A stretch of DNA of 63,065 nucleotides, filler included, from Octopus bimaculoides (GCF_001194135.2; 6 parts of 6 records of this genome joined end to end with filler, not necessarily neighbours in it), one strand, 5' to 3'. Numbered from the whole stretch's first letter, positions 1 through 13,604 are shown. Notes: generated by a model from the letters alone, not told the origin. A program made the numbers and translations.

Positions 1-950
1 CGTTACTAGCAGAGCGACAATCACCACAACCATCGCTACAACCACAACCATTCCTACATCCACCACCACCACCACCACAATCACCATCACCACCACCACC
101 ACCACAAACACAACCACTACCAACACTAACACAACAACCACTACCATCTCCACCACCATCACCATCACCTCCACCACCATACCATCACCCCCACCATCAC
201 CAACACCACAACGATAACCACCACCAACACTACCATCTCCACCACTATCACATCACCACCACCATCACTATCATAACCACTACCACCAGAACTACCACCA
301 CCACCAGAACCACTACCACCACCAACACTACCATTACCACTGCCACCACTACCATCTCCACCACCATCATCACTACCATCGTTACTACCACCACCATCGC
401 CACCACTACNNNNNNNNNNTCACTACCATCGTTACTACCACCACCATCGCCACCACTACCTTCTTACTACTAATACTCCTAGCTAGTTGCACCACTCTGT
501 GGCACATTACACGGAATAAAATACTACCGCCAACACTTCATATACAATAACAACATATACACACTGACAATATAAGTAAATGCCACCACCACCACCACCA
601 CCACTGCCACTGCCAACAACACCATTACTAACACCAGATCACCACGACCACCACCTCTACCATCATCACCACAGCTTCTATTACCACCAACACCACCACT
701 ACAATCAACCACTACCACCACTATCAGCACCACTACCATACCACTACCAGCCCACCACCACCACTACTACCAACATTATTAACACCACCACTACCATTAC
801 CACTAATACCATCACCACCACCACCACCACCACCACCACCACCACCACCACCACAACCATTACCACCACCACTACCATCTCCACCACCACGACTATTATC
901 ACCAAAATTATTGTCATCACCATCACCATCACACTACCATCCCACCCACT
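1..950. repeat. Low-complexity (ACC/ACT/ATC)n trinucleotide tract
   Basis: Degenerate CAC/ACC/ACT triplets throughout; the poly-T/V/P ORFs in the track are its translations. Confidence 0.95.
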
Positions 951-1440
951 CCCACTATATCGCATCATACCACGCCAGAGTACACCGTACCAAACGCCGA
1001 ACTAATGCCACCGTTATTTTTACCACGCACCAAACACCATACGAAAAGCACCACCGCCAACACCAACACTAACACCACTACCGCCAACACGCCAACCACC
1101 AGCATCACCACGCTATGCCATCGCCCGCAATACTAATCACACACCATCAGGCTAAGCCGGACAAGGCCACGCCACACCTTAAAAACCCAACGACCACGCC
1201 AAGCTATGATACGGCATAGAAAAGTCCAACACCGCGCCGTCACGCGGCCATACTAAGCAGTTCAATGCATCACCCCATATCAAACATCACATCACTGGAC
1301 GCCATAGCGAAAACATCATCACGCATCCATTATATGAATCACATTATACAATCATCCGTTATGTAATCCGCCATTTTGGGAACACGAAACCCAGGCCCCG
1401 TCATGTCACACCCCGCAATGTGCCATACAACACGGCGTTA
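951..1440. repeat. Degenerate CA/CG-rich low-complexity repeat (ACACC/ACGCC-like units)
   Basis: Recurrent acaccac/acgcca/cacatca units with no coherent ORF. Confidence 0.55.
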
Positions 1441-1489
1441 CACTTTACGGAGCACCATGTCTGTTTCAATTCACTCCCTATCATCTCGA

Positions 1490-1520
<31 letters not shown>

Positions 1521-1727
1521 ATGAATAAATAAATAATGGAGGGGCATATTGGATAATGGGTAGTCTTAGAAACATTATGAGAGAAAAACAGACGGATTGG
1601 TCACGGTTGAAAGGTCTTTCTTTGATAATAGCTAACCCGGGGCTTGTTAAACAATAGCAAACAATCACAACGACTACTTTTGATCATGGGTTTGCTCGCT
1701 CAGAGCTGACCCGGGGCTAAACTAAAA

Positions 1728-1756
1728 CAACAACGATGACAACGACGGTGACGACG

Positions 1757-1809
<53 letters not shown>

Positions 1810-1845
1810 AACGATGACAACGATGACAACGATGGCAGCGACGAG
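1728..1845. repeat. (GAC)n/(AAC)n microsatellite
   Basis: Direct reading of the sequence. Confidence 0.95.
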
Positions 1846-1949
1846 CACGAACGTTGATATAAACATCGATGCTACCAGTGACAGCATCGGCAGAGACAAC
1901 AATTAACAACAACAACAACTCCACTAACATATATCTTTCATCTTTCATC

Positions 1950-2142
1950 TTTTACTCGTCTCAGGCATTAGACTGCGACCATGCTGGAGCACCACCTTTA
2001 GTCGAGCAAATTCGACCCCGGGACTGATTCTTTGTAAGCCTAGTACTTATTCTATCGGTCTCTTTTGGCGAACTGCTAGATGACGGAGACATAAACACAC
2101 CAGCATCGGTTGTCAAGCAATGCAAAGGGGACAAACACACAC

Positions 2143-2233
<91 letters not shown>

Positions 2234-2388
2234 TATACATATATACGACGGGCTTGTTTTCAAACAAGGCTTTGGTCGGCCCGAAGCTATAGTAGAAGAC
2301 ACATGCCCAAGATGTCATTCAGTGGGACTGAACCTGGAACCATGTGGTTGGTAAGCAAGCTACTTACCACACAGTCACTCCTGCGCCT
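1950..2388 (-). mobile_element. tRNA-derived SINE, family A (my label), near full length with internal (CA)n expansion
   Basis: Minus-strand head aggcgcaggagtgactgtgtggtaagtagc...ggttcagtcccactg has A-box-like and B-box-like motifs; tail ...ctccagcatggtcgcagtctaatg. Same family recurs at 6400, 14530, 23250, 42840 and 44790. It resembles the described octopus tRNA-SINEs (OK/OR1/OR2 group); the exact family was not verified. Confidence 0.85.
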
Positions 2389-2667
2389 GATATCACGACT
2401 AAACTAACTTAACATGCATTATAATTTTATAAATCTTACTCTAAAATGGATTGTATAAGCTTTTAACAGTAAAATGATATAAAATGAATAAAGTCAAAAG
2501 TTGTCAACTGACTTTATACATTACAAGTTTCTGCTTGATGAGATCTCATTATATTTTAATAACCATTGCTAATTTTTATCAGGTTTAATGTAATTACAAC
2601 TACAGGCAAAATTTACTATTAATTATGTTACCTCTCCTAAAGCCTAAACTCCGCTTCAACATACCCA

Positions 2668-2709
2668 GCGACCGCCTGGGAGTCGTAAAGCCCACGCTGG
2701 AAACCTCTG
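2668..2709 (-). mobile_element. Possible hAT/Charlie-type terminal sequence (single end)
   Basis: Reverse complement reads CAGAGGTTTCCAGCGTGGG..., resembling hAT CAG(A/G)GGTT(T/C)CC termini; partner end not seen. Confidence 0.35.
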
Positions 2710-3030
2710 GTTTAAATGGTTGCTAGGACTGTCAAAAAAAGGAGTCAAATTTTTCCTCATTATACACTCGTCCGGGAGAACACATGGGACAATGTAGTCC
2801 TTAATATGCAGAGAAACTAGAAAATTCTTGATAATGGGTTTTTTCGACCAAAACTGACCTGGGGCTAAACAACAATGTAGTGATCAATAAACGTTCTCGT
2901 ATCTTCCATCTTCCATCTCTCATTAATCAAACACCCAACAAACATTGTGAAAGTGAACGTACGTTACCGATAAGTTACCTTGTGTATGAGGTGCGATTTA
3001 TGATCCAATACACACACACACACGCACACA

Positions 3031-3093
<63 letters not shown>

Positions 3094-3230
3094 GAGTGAG
3101 TAGACAAACGACAGAAGGTCACTCAGCACATTTATTAAGAGTTACATGTATAGATCAAAATAGTTTGATTCAGAACCCTTGGTACTCTGAGTTTCAAGCG
3201 TGATGCTTGTTTTCTGTCTAGCTATCTAGT

Positions 3231-3263
<33 letters not shown>

Positions 3264-3564
3264 TATGTGGTAATTCTTCAACAAGTGGAATAGCACTCAG
3301 TCAGCTAAGACAGTAAAGGTAATGTTATAATAAAAACCACAAGTCCTGTTAAATACAGGTAGCCAGGGTTTCCTAGTCGAAACATTAATTTATTTCGCCA
3401 TTCTTTCACGACAGCTTGTCAAGTGTCTTTTGGGCAGATAACGTTTAAACAAGGGACACTGATGAAGAAGACAAAACAGCTACAAGGGAGATAACCAACG
3501 TTACAATCAACCAATGTAAAGAAGATGTAAGCAAGATATTAAGGATTTATTATGTCTAGTGACC

Positions 3565-3770
3565 TATTCCCAAATTTTGTTAAGATGTATTTATTGGAAT
3601 GTAGACATATCGAAAAAATCTCGTTCCTGGAATGTATGTACTCGTTGGCAGTCCTTTAAGAGATATAACTTTTTAAAGGGAACATACTGAGCGTCTTTTG
3701 GATCCGTTAATACAGGGTCTGGCTTTGGAGAGAATTTTCCATTTGATGTCGATATTTAGGCACCATGATA
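3565..3770 (-). mobile_element. Penelope-like element, decayed C-terminus of the GIY-YIG endonuclease region
   Basis: Minus-strand translation LNIDIKWKILSKARPCINGSKRRSVCSL*KVIS, then after a frameshift SRNEIFSICLHSNKYILTKF. This matches the PLE C-terminal pattern W.IL.KA.PY.NG.K.C.LC..EK..I...LN.R.E.F..C.H.NK..L as I recall it. Confidence 0.7.
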
Positions 3771-4190
3771 AGAGACATTTAACAACCCTTTCTGCTTTAG
3801 TCTGGGGGCTTAAAGAAGAAGAGACCAGCTACGTGGTTTTTGTCTCCTCCTGAGACACAATGAAAGGTACTATAAGGTTTATGCATATACACTACATGTT
3901 CACTATTCGTATAACACTGACACAAACAAACACATACGCACACACACGCACACACACATGCATACAGACTTCACTCTACTGCTATTAATTATAACTTCAC
4001 CAGCGATAAGAACAAGAACAGCAACAACAACAACGCTAACACCATTAACGGTGTCAGAAAATCTGTTTACACTGTCCATTTTTTTTATTCAAGGTTACTA
4101 AAGCAAATCTAATGATTTGAAGAAAAGACCTTCGCTTTTCTTTCCTTTGGCATTTTCAGCAAACCCCAACTTCCCTATTGTGCGCGCGGA

Positions 4191-4246
<56 letters not shown>

Positions 4247-4359
4247 TGTGTNNNNNNNNNNGTGTGCGTATACGTGTGTGTGTGTATGTGCCTCTGTGTG
4301 TACACATACACAAAGACATATATATGCGTACACGCATATACAACACATACACACGGACT

Positions 4360-4390
<31 letters not shown>

Positions 4391-5026
4391 GTAATTATTT
4401 ATATATATGTATCAATATACACGGATATTGATGTATACATACATGTGTATATGTGTATATATCTATCACTATATATATATACACATGTATTATATATATG
4501 TACATATTATTCATACGTATATACACACATACATACACACACTGCATTACAAACTGGATGTTGTTTGAATAGAAAAAGAAAAAGAAAAAAAAGCACTTAA
4601 TACATATTAGTTGTTTATTAATTTATTCGCAATCACCTTATAATTTGGCTGGATGCGCTTGAGCCTTTCTGAGTCATTGCTAATAATTGCACAGGATATT
4701 GTTGGCTAGTAGTTGTATACTGATGATGGGTTCGGTTTACTGTTATATGTGCAATTAATCCTATTGTATCCAGCTAACAGGTTAACAATGTTTCCATGCA
4801 ACAATGGTTAACTTTTCATACTGGTCTTATTTCACAGTTTGTGGTCCACAGTTGATGGGGGAGATGAGAATAACATTGGCAAAACTATATAGATAATGAC
4901 CAGCACACGTTCAAAAAAATATGCTCCACCGGATTATAATCGTTATTCTTGGCATCGTATATATATGCTATGCAAAAATCAAATGTTAAATTATAAATAA
5001 TTTGGATATATACACACACATACACA

Positions 5027-5069
<43 letters not shown>

Positions 5070-5966
5070 AAATATATATATATATATATATATAAATACG
5101 TACATATATATATTACATATATATGCATATATATAAATATGCGTGTATATATATGTTTGCTTGTATGTATGTACGTGCATANNNNNNNNNNNNNNNNNNN
5201 NNNNNNNNNNNNNNNNNNNNNNNNNNNNNNNNNNNNNNNNNNNNNNNNNNNNNNNNNNNNNNNNNNNNNNNNNNNNNNNNNNNNNNNNNNNNNNNNNNNN
5301 NNNNNNNNNNNNNNNNNNNNNNNNNNNNNNNNNNNNNNNNNNNNNNNNNNNNNNNNNNNNNNNNNNNNNNNNNNNNNNNNNNNNNNNNNNNNNNNNNNNN
5401 NNNNNNNNNNNNNNNNNNNNNNNNNNNNNNNNNNNNNNNNNNNNNNNNNNNNNNNNNNNNNNNNNNNNNNNNNNNNNNNNNNNNNNNNNNNNNNNNNNNN
5501 NNNNNNNNNNNNNNNNNNNNNNNNNNNNNNNNNNNNNNNNNNNNNNNNNNNNNNNNNNNNNNNNNNNNNNNNNNNNNNNNNNNNNNNNNNNNNNNNNNNN
5601 NNNNNNNNNNNNNNNNNNNNNNNNNNNNNNNNNNNNNNNNNNNNNNNNNNNNNNNNNNNNNNNNNNNNNNNNNNNNNNNNNNNNNNNNNNNNNNNNNNNN
5701 NNNNNNNNNNNNNNNNNNNNNNNNNNNNNNNNNNNNNNNNNNNNNNNNNNNNNNNNNNNNNNNNNNNNNNNNNNNNNNNNNNNNNNNNNNNNNNNNNNNN
5801 NNNNNNNNNNNNNNNNNNNNNNNNNNNNNNNNNNNNNNNNNNNNNNNNNNNNNNNNNNNNNNNNNNNNNNNNNNNNNNNNNNNNNNNNNNNNNNNNNNNN
5901 NNNNNNNNNNNNNNNNNNNNNNNNNNNNNNNNNNNNNNNNNNNNNNNNNNNNNNNNNNNNNNNNNN

Positions 5967-6185
5967 CAAGGAAGCCTTCAGCAAGTCTTTATATCTCTTT
6001 TTTGGTTTATGTGGAGGTCGTTCTCCTTTAGCTAACTCTCCATAAAAGAGTTATTTTGGCATCCTTGAATCTTTCATCTTGACCACATGACCACTCCATC
6101 TGAGCCTTTGCTTCAACACAAGAGCTTCTATACCGACAGCTTTCCAATATCTCAAGATCACTGATGCGCTATTCCTACTTAATGC
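5967..6185 (-). mobile_element. RTE-clade LINE, C-terminal fragment
   Basis: Translation IEALVLKQRLRWSGHVVKMKDSRMPK*LFYGELAKGERPPHKPKKRYKDLLKASL; RWxGHVxRM...RxPK and PxxRYKD are typical RTE C-terminal motifs. Runs into an N gap. Confidence 0.85.
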
Positions 6186-6399
6186 CATAGATAATATACA
6201 TAGATAATATACATACATAACATACATACATACATACATACATACATACATACATACATACATACATACATACATACGAATGTGTGGACCAAGAAAAAAG
6301 GCACTCAACGCATTTGGTGGTAGATATATGTATTATCATTTAAGACAGTTTGACTTTGCAGCGCGTGACTTAAAGTTTCGGCAATCGAACTCTGAAAGA

Positions 6400-6605
6400 G
6401 ATGGGTTCCCCCTCTACAGTTTGACAATCAGAGTTGGTGTTTTTACATCCTCGTACATTATCTGTTCGGCAAAAGATATCGATATATAATTAGTATTCGG
6501 TTTTTAAAAAATCGCCTTCTTGGGTTGACCTGGCCGTCTGAATATTTGAAGGTGATGCCCCAGCATGGCTGCAGTCCAATGACCGAAGCGAGTAAAAGAT
6601 AAAAC
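6400..6605 (+). mobile_element. SINE family A, 3' portion
   Basis: Tail gaaggtgatgccccagcatggctgcagtccaatgaccgaagcgagtaaaagataaaa matches the other family A copies. Confidence 0.7.
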
Positions 6606-7833
6606 ACGCACACAGACACATACATATATAGAATAATCGTCACTGAGTGGCGTTTATTCCTTTCGAAAGGGCAGAAAGAGCTTTAACAATCAATGAGAAA
6701 TAAGTCTATTCTCATTGGAAATCGAAAAATCGAACACCGTTCTGCACACACGAGAATCTGTTTGATGGTTGTACGGTTTGCAACAAATACCATCGGTCTT
6801 TCCGTTACACCTTCGCTGCATTATTACGAATGGTTTGTTGGTTCGAGGGAGCAGATAACATCGCAGGAAGTAGGAAATACAGTCGAACGACTCAGCACAT
6901 CACATCAATGGGCACAAACTGCACCGTTTCTGCTTGTTGTCTGTCAGTCGCATAACCTCCTCTCTTCTTTATCGCTTGTTACTTAAATGTAATGTCTGTG
7001 CGTATATCAGCCATACTTTGCCTAGTCTATAACTGGTATTCTAATATAAAGACGTAAAAGCAACAGGAAGGGGAAAAGATATCGGATGCTGCAAAGCTCA
7101 TGCCTTATCCAAGTGTCTTATCGGAGGTATTTACTCTAATAAGAAGACATGTGTCTTGTACAGAAAGCAACAGCGAGGGCAACGGATAGAAGGCGCTGTG
7201 ATGCTCATGCTTTAACCAAGCATATTATCAGTAGTACTTAAATGGCTACCACAATGTCCAGGCCTTCTTGCAATGTGGTTGCTTGCTTGTCTCGATGACG
7301 CAGAGAGCTATACAAGCGGAGTACAACTCTCTGATAGGACCTCCATGCTGGACAGGTAAAAAGATAGAGGCCAGACTAATATGAAAATCTCTTCTCAGCG
7401 GTAAAAATGGATTTGCGTAAGGCCAACACCCCTTACCTAGAAGAAAACAAAGTAGCAAAAGAATTGATGACAGATAGTCCAGATTTGAGAACGATAAAGA
7501 AAATTTGTCGATGGATTATGATCCATAAGGAACGAAGGGCTTAAATAGGTAAAGTAAGCACTTTCATGTGGAGGAGACGTTTGTCTTGTACAGAGAGCAA
7601 CAGCAAGGGTGAAGGATATGAGAAGCTGTTTCGCTCGTGGCTCACTCAATTATTTCATCTGCGTGAGAGAAGTAAAGTAATATGGTCAACCAAAACCGGA
7701 AAGAAACCAGGTCGCGGTTTTAGATACTTCTAAACGTGGTTTTTAATCAACAGTGACTGGTTTTCACACAACAAAATTATCTTGAACGCAGAATTAGTCA
7801 CCCTTTTACATTTCATAGATTCTTTCTTTCTCT

Positions 7834-7890
<57 letters not shown>

Positions 7891-8499
7891 TCCTTAACAT
7901 CCTTAACCACACAAACATGCATACCGACATGCACACAAAAAAGAACATATACACATAAACATACATATGCAACATTATGTACGTATTCAGTATCACAACA
8001 CACCTTGCACAAACACCTTCTACTATTGCCCCGGGATGACCACAGCTTTGTGAGTGGATTTAGTAAAAAGAAACTGAAAGAAACCCGTCATCTGAGTGTG
8101 TGTGTATATGATGCATGTATGTTTATATATTTATGTATATANNNNNNNNNNNNNNNNNNNNNNNNNNNNNNNNNNNNNNNNNNNNTTAATTAATTAANNN
8201 NNNNNNNNNNNNNNNNNNNNNNNNNNNNNNNNNNNNNNNNNCTCTCTCTCTCTCTCAATCAATCAAATCGACAGATTCAGTGTGTGCCACGCGTCAGGTG
8301 TGAAAGTGATCGCAAAGCAGTGAGAGATGAAGTATTTTGCTAAAAAAAAAAAACACAACGCACCTCCCGGTCTAGGAATTGAAATCACGATCGCTAGATT
8401 TTGAGCGCAACAGCCTAAGCAGTAGTAGCCCCCTCCCCAAACACACACACTCACAAACACACACACACACTCACACACATATACACACATGCACTAACA

Positions 8500-8710
8500 T
8501 ACATTTATATATATGTGGATCGTTGGCGACTTTTTCTCACCGTCTTCCTTTTCTCTTGGACTTTCCTCCGACGAAGAGCTTTGCTCGAAACGTTAAAACT
8601 ACTTTTCTTTCCTTCCCTGAGGGTCTGCTGATACTTTGTTTGTATCACATCGTTGCGTTGTTGTTTTTTTTCTTGGTGTGTTTGTTTTTCGCTTTCTTCA
8701 TTATATATAT
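8500..8710 (+). mobile_element. Short PLE-pLTR-like element in CA/TA repeats carrying a minimal hammerhead-like motif (8561-8600)
   Basis: CCGACGA-A-GAGC(TTT)GCTC-GAAA-CGTTA: perfect 4-bp stem II and GAAA box; U4 appears as C and stem I is poor. Confidence 0.5.
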
Positions 8711-10096
8711 ATATATGTATATATGTAAATGTCTACTTGTATATCAAGTTATATTTAAAAGCTACTTACCAGTAAGCTGAACGCTTGCTCAATGTTCTAC
8801 GGGAGTATACATTTATCAACATTTTTTATGAAGTATGTCGGCAGTGACTTCAATGGTTTAGGCTGCTCGATGTCACCAGACTGTAATTCATTATTTTTCT
8901 TTTCGGTTTAGTAGTCTTCGACAGAGCGTTTATTTTTTCTGTTCCTTTTCTTTTCAGCTAGAGATATGCGTATGAGGATTAAGTGCTGCATAAATAAACA
9001 GGGAATCTACGTGTATTAGAAAAGTGAGCTTCGAGTATATAGAATATTTATGTATCGACGTACCATGGTAGATATATATGGTGAGGAAATTTACTTTGGT
9101 TTGATGTAGGAATTTGGTTACTGTTAATCTTGCAACTGTCAGGCTTGGAAATAATATTGTAACCAGGAGAGTCAAATTCAAGTCACAATATTCTTTGTAT
9201 TTGTTTAGGTTTCCCCAAAAGGTTTTTCTAGTTAGTAGAGTTGGTCGCACAGGAGAAGTTAAACTAGAGTTGAATTTCTTGCTCATGTAATTAACTCTCT
9301 ATTAAAAACTTTTTAAACGAGAGACTTTATTCAGGAGATTATGTTACTATAGTATATATTTATTTAGGCTTTTCATATGTTTTAGGATGGTTATTTATGT
9401 TGTACGATCTTAGACAAATGTACACATGTAACTGTATGTCGTTACATGTATATCCAGATGGAAGCATATGGATACTAAAGTTTCTATAGTTAGAATAATA
9501 TATTTATATTAGATAATATAGTTCCATAGTTATATGCATCTATAATGAGACACAGATGTATAAACAGCATGCGAATGTAGAAATACATTTGTGTATCTGT
9601 GCACATACACACACACATGTACACACGCATATGTACATATATATATANNNNNNNNNNNNNNNNNNNNNNNNNNNNNNNNNNNNNNNNNNNNNNNNNNNNN
9701 NNNNNNNNNNNNNNNNNNNNNNNNNNNNNNNNNNNNNNNNNNNNNNNNNNNNNNNNNNNNNNNNNNNNNNNNNNNNNNNNNNNNNNNNNNNNNNNNNNNN
9801 NNNNNNNNNNNNNNNNNNNNNNNNNNNNNNNNNNNNNNNNNNNNNNNNNNNNNNNNNNNNNNNNNNNNNNNNNNNNNNNNNNNNNNNNNNNNNNNNNNNN
9901 NNNNNNNNNNNNNNNNNNNNNNNNNNNNNNNNNNNNNNNNNNNNNNNNNNNNNNNNNNNNNNNNNNNNNNNNNNNNNNNNNNNNNNNNNNNNNNNNNNNN
10001 NNNNNNNNNNNNNNNNNNNNNNNNNNNNNNNNNNNNNNNNNNNNNNNNNNNNNNNNNNNNNNNNNNNNNNNNNNNNNNNNNNNNNNNNNNNNNNNN

Positions 10097-10136
<40 letters not shown>

Positions 10137-10824
10137 GTATTTGTACACGTGTACACGTATACGCATGCATGTACTCAGACTCTTAAGTATGCACACGGAT
10201 GTATACACAGGTACTCACATTTAAGAGTGATTGTGCATTGACTAAACTTGTGCTTCTAACAACTTGTTTTAAATTGTGTGCATTACCCTTAAAAGAATCG
10301 ATATCGTACACAACCATGATAAACCTATAAACTTCTGTTCCTCTACCCTCCTTATCCAGTGTCTATGCGTAGTAGTATATGCTTTGAGTGTTAAAGTATT
10401 GACCTACACACAGCGATATATGGAGATATATATTAATTTCCTTGCATACATGTCTTCGATAATGTATGTATACAAGGAACTTTCGCGTTACTCAGATAAT
10501 TCTACAAGAGTTCCTAGGTAGAAATATTTTGCTGGTATTATTTCTTTTATCTTTTCTTTAATTGTTAAAGAATGCGGCCGTGCTTGGATACCATCTTAAA
10601 CAGTTTTAGCCGAAACGTGGCACTCATTCTTACGGTCTCTTTCGTGAAGAAATGTCAAGTTACGGGTACTTCAACACAAACAACACTAGTTATCATATAG
10701 GAGAGGGGTTAAACTGTCACACTGCCTTATGCACATGCATACTTATAGTTGGTACTATTATGGTTGCGTGATGGAAGTTTGAGCCTTCTCACGCCATTTT
10801 TCTTTCTGGCTTTACAGTGTAAGC

Positions 10825-11215
10825 ATGGTCGCTCCACTAGCAATGTGCACCAAAAGAGAACAAAGAGCAGTGATCCGATTTCTTTCGTCGGAAGGTGTGT
10901 CAGATGTTGAAATTTATCGGAGGCTTTTCGCATAATACAGGGACAGTGTTTGAGTGGATCGAGAAGTTTTAAAAGTGGCCGGACAAGCGTGACGCACGAA
11001 GAGGGAGCAGGACGCCCGTCAACCTCCAGCACTGAAGAGAAGATTTAGCAAGCTCGACAGATGGTAATAGTGAACCGGCGAGTTGTCATCGATGAGGTAT
11101 CTAGTTATCTGTAGATTAGTCATGGTTCTGCCTATCAAATCATCCACAATGAGCTCGGCTTCCATAAAATCTGTGCAAGATGGGTGCCAAGAGAGCTTAC
11201 TGCAGAGCACAAGCT
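10825..11215 (+). mobile_element. mariner transposase, decayed N-terminal fragment
   Basis: MVAPLAMCTKREQRAVIRFLSSEGVSDVEIYRRLFA*...WIEKFKSGRTSVTHEEGAGRPSTSST...ISHGSAYQIIHNELGFHKICARWVPRELTAEHK; contains the mariner WVP(R/H)EL motif, with stops and frameshifts. Confidence 0.9.
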
Positions 11216-11257
11216 AACGAATTTGCCAGCTTGCTGCCTTCAATAATAATAATAATG

Positions 11258-11288
<31 letters not shown>

Positions 11289-11329
11289 TAACAATAATAA
11301 TCCATTCTACGATACGCGCAAGGCCGTGA

Positions 11330-11500
11330 TTTTTGTCTGTTGGTGACGGATAATCGATCACATCGATCCCAGTACTTGATTGGTACTTAACTTATCGACT
11401 CCGAAAAAATGAAAACCAAGTCCAACCTCGACGGAGCGACAAACAAAATACCGCTAAGCGTTTTGCCGCCCGGCGTGCTAAGGATTCTACCAGTTCGCTG
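11330..11500 (-). mobile_element. SINE family B (my label), degenerate
   Basis: Reverse complement of ggcgagctgg...gcacgccgggcg...gaggttggac...taagtaccaa, shared with copies at 13605-14310 and 31566. Confidence 0.65.
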
Positions 11501-11534
11501 CCTTCGATAATAATAATAGTAATAATAAAAATAT

Positions 11535-12061
11535 GCAGTACCAAGCAGCAGCTTTCATGGCTTTTGATCTTAACTCATTGGAAGTGTTATCATGTACATT
11601 GTTTTGTCTTAGTATAAATGATGGGCTACAGCAAACATTCTGCTCAATACCGCAAACTTGCTTGTCTGTTGTTTGACCAGAACCAGTTGAGCGTGTCCCG
11701 TAGTGGCTGACGATATGTGCATCGCTGATCATGAGTAGAAGTAGTGGGGGAGCATCATAGCCATATGTTGAGAAGAATTCTTTGGGGTTTGGACAATTCA
11801 CCTTTGGAAACATGCGTGTTTTGTTCGTCACCCTGAAACAACCCTTATTCAGGGACGTTTTATGTGGGATGGGCTACTCGACCTGAAGAAAATTCTAACT
11901 GCGCCCTTACCTGCAAGTCATGCACTGTTGATCTTGATATGAGATCACCATGTCGTGCACATATGGTTGTGATGCATGTGCCTGGTGTAGTCATGATGGG
12001 TATACTGGGCTTCGTATATTTTACCCCAGTGTCCCTTTGATGGCATGCACTGCTCTCTCAC
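11535..12061 (+). mobile_element. ~530-bp interspersed element flanked on both sides by (AAT)n
   Basis: Sharp boundaries against AAT arrays at about 11510-11530 and 12062-12239; ends ...gcactgctctctcactc followed by (aat)n; no ORF. Confidence 0.5.
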
Positions 12062-12239
<178 letters not shown>

Positions 12240-12591
12240 CGAGATTAACCTCTACCCGTACTTCATTCTTGTTCTACACCTTCCCTGTTCCTACTTTTGG
12301 CAAATTGTATGGCTAGGATACAAGATTAAGCTTAAGCCTGTGGCCATGCCATGAAAAGATATTGCTACTCCGTGGAAGACCTCCCCAGTCGAGGCACAAA
12401 TTAACTATGCTTTATGCTCGGTACAAAAGGATTAGTGTTCTACATTGGTTGGCAGTTGGTGGTAGTTGTAGTGTTCGAGTGGCCGTTGTTTGATTATAAG
12501 CATGTTTCCCTTCGTCTCACCCCCCACAGCTTGACTGTTCTCTTTTTGAAACGTCTGTCTCTGTGTGTGCGTTTGTGCGTGCCTGCATGTA

Positions 12592-12648
<57 letters not shown>

Positions 12649-13604
12649 TTACAGACACACACATATACACATACATATACATATATATATATATATATAT
12701 ACATACATACATGTGTGTCTGTGTGTATGTAGATATATACATGTGTATAGATGTATACATGTATATATCTATATCTATATATATATATGTATGNNNNNNN
12801 NNNNNNNNNNNNNNNNNNNNNNNNNNNNNNNNNNNNNNNNNNNNNNNNNNNNNNNNNNNNNNNNNNNNNNNNNNNNNNNNNNNNNNNNNNNNNNNNNNNN
12901 NNNNNNNNNNNNNNNNNNNNNNNNNNNNNNNNNNNNNNNNNNNNNNNNNNNNNNNNNNNNNNNNNNNNNNNNNNNNNNNNNNNNNNNNNNNNNNNNNNNN
13001 NNNNNNNNNNNNNNNNNNNNNNNNNNNNNNNNNNNNNNNNNNNNNNNNNNNNNNNNNNNNNNNNNNNNNNNNNNNNNNNNNNNNNNNNNNNNNNNNNNNN
13101 NNNNNNNNNNNNNNNNNNNNNNNNNNNNNNNNNNNNNNNNNNNNNNNNNNNNNNNNNNNNNNNNNNNNNNNNNNNNNNNNNNNNNNNNNNNNNNNNNNNN
13201 NNNNNNNNNNNNNNNNNNNNNNNNNNNNNNNNNNNNNNNNNNNNNNNNTATATATATATATATATATATATATATGCAAAGACTAACACACACATATATA
13301 AGTATATGTATGTATATATGTGTATGTGTTTGTAGGTGTGTGTGCGTGTGCGTGTGTATGTGAGCCTGTGTGTCTCCACACTTGTTATATAACTAAACAT
13401 TGTTTTGTATAACTTACAATCCCGCATTTCTTCTCAGATTTACGACCTTTCCTTTATATGCCTTTTAATTGCTCAATTTTTTTTTTTTTTTTCACAGTGT
13501 GTCACAATCTGATACCATACTTTAGGTTGCTTCATTCAGCCTAACCACGATTCTCTTAATTTCTTATTCTCATTTAATCATTCGCTTTATATCTCGTCTT
13601 CATA

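Noticed and set aside
370-459. Exact ~40-bp direct repeat on either side of a 10-N gap
   Set aside because: Typical unmerged contig overlap; treated as an assembly artefact.
524-2407. Poly-T/V/R/H and CV/HT-repeat ORFs (pattern recurs across the window)
   Set aside because: Translations of (ACC)n, (GAC)n, (CA)n, (TA)n and (GA)n repeats; no coding evidence.
4986-6045. Long ORFs of 170-350 aa here and at 9.5, 12.5, 20.2, 33.2, 34.7, 48, 49.8 and 55 kb
   Set aside because: They consist of X from N gaps plus microsatellite translations.
8142-8241. TTAATTAATTAA flanked by 44 N on each side (also at 25857, 40486, 54421 and 60299)
   Set aside because: Identical 100-nt cassette with stops in all six frames; an artificial gap spacer, not biology.
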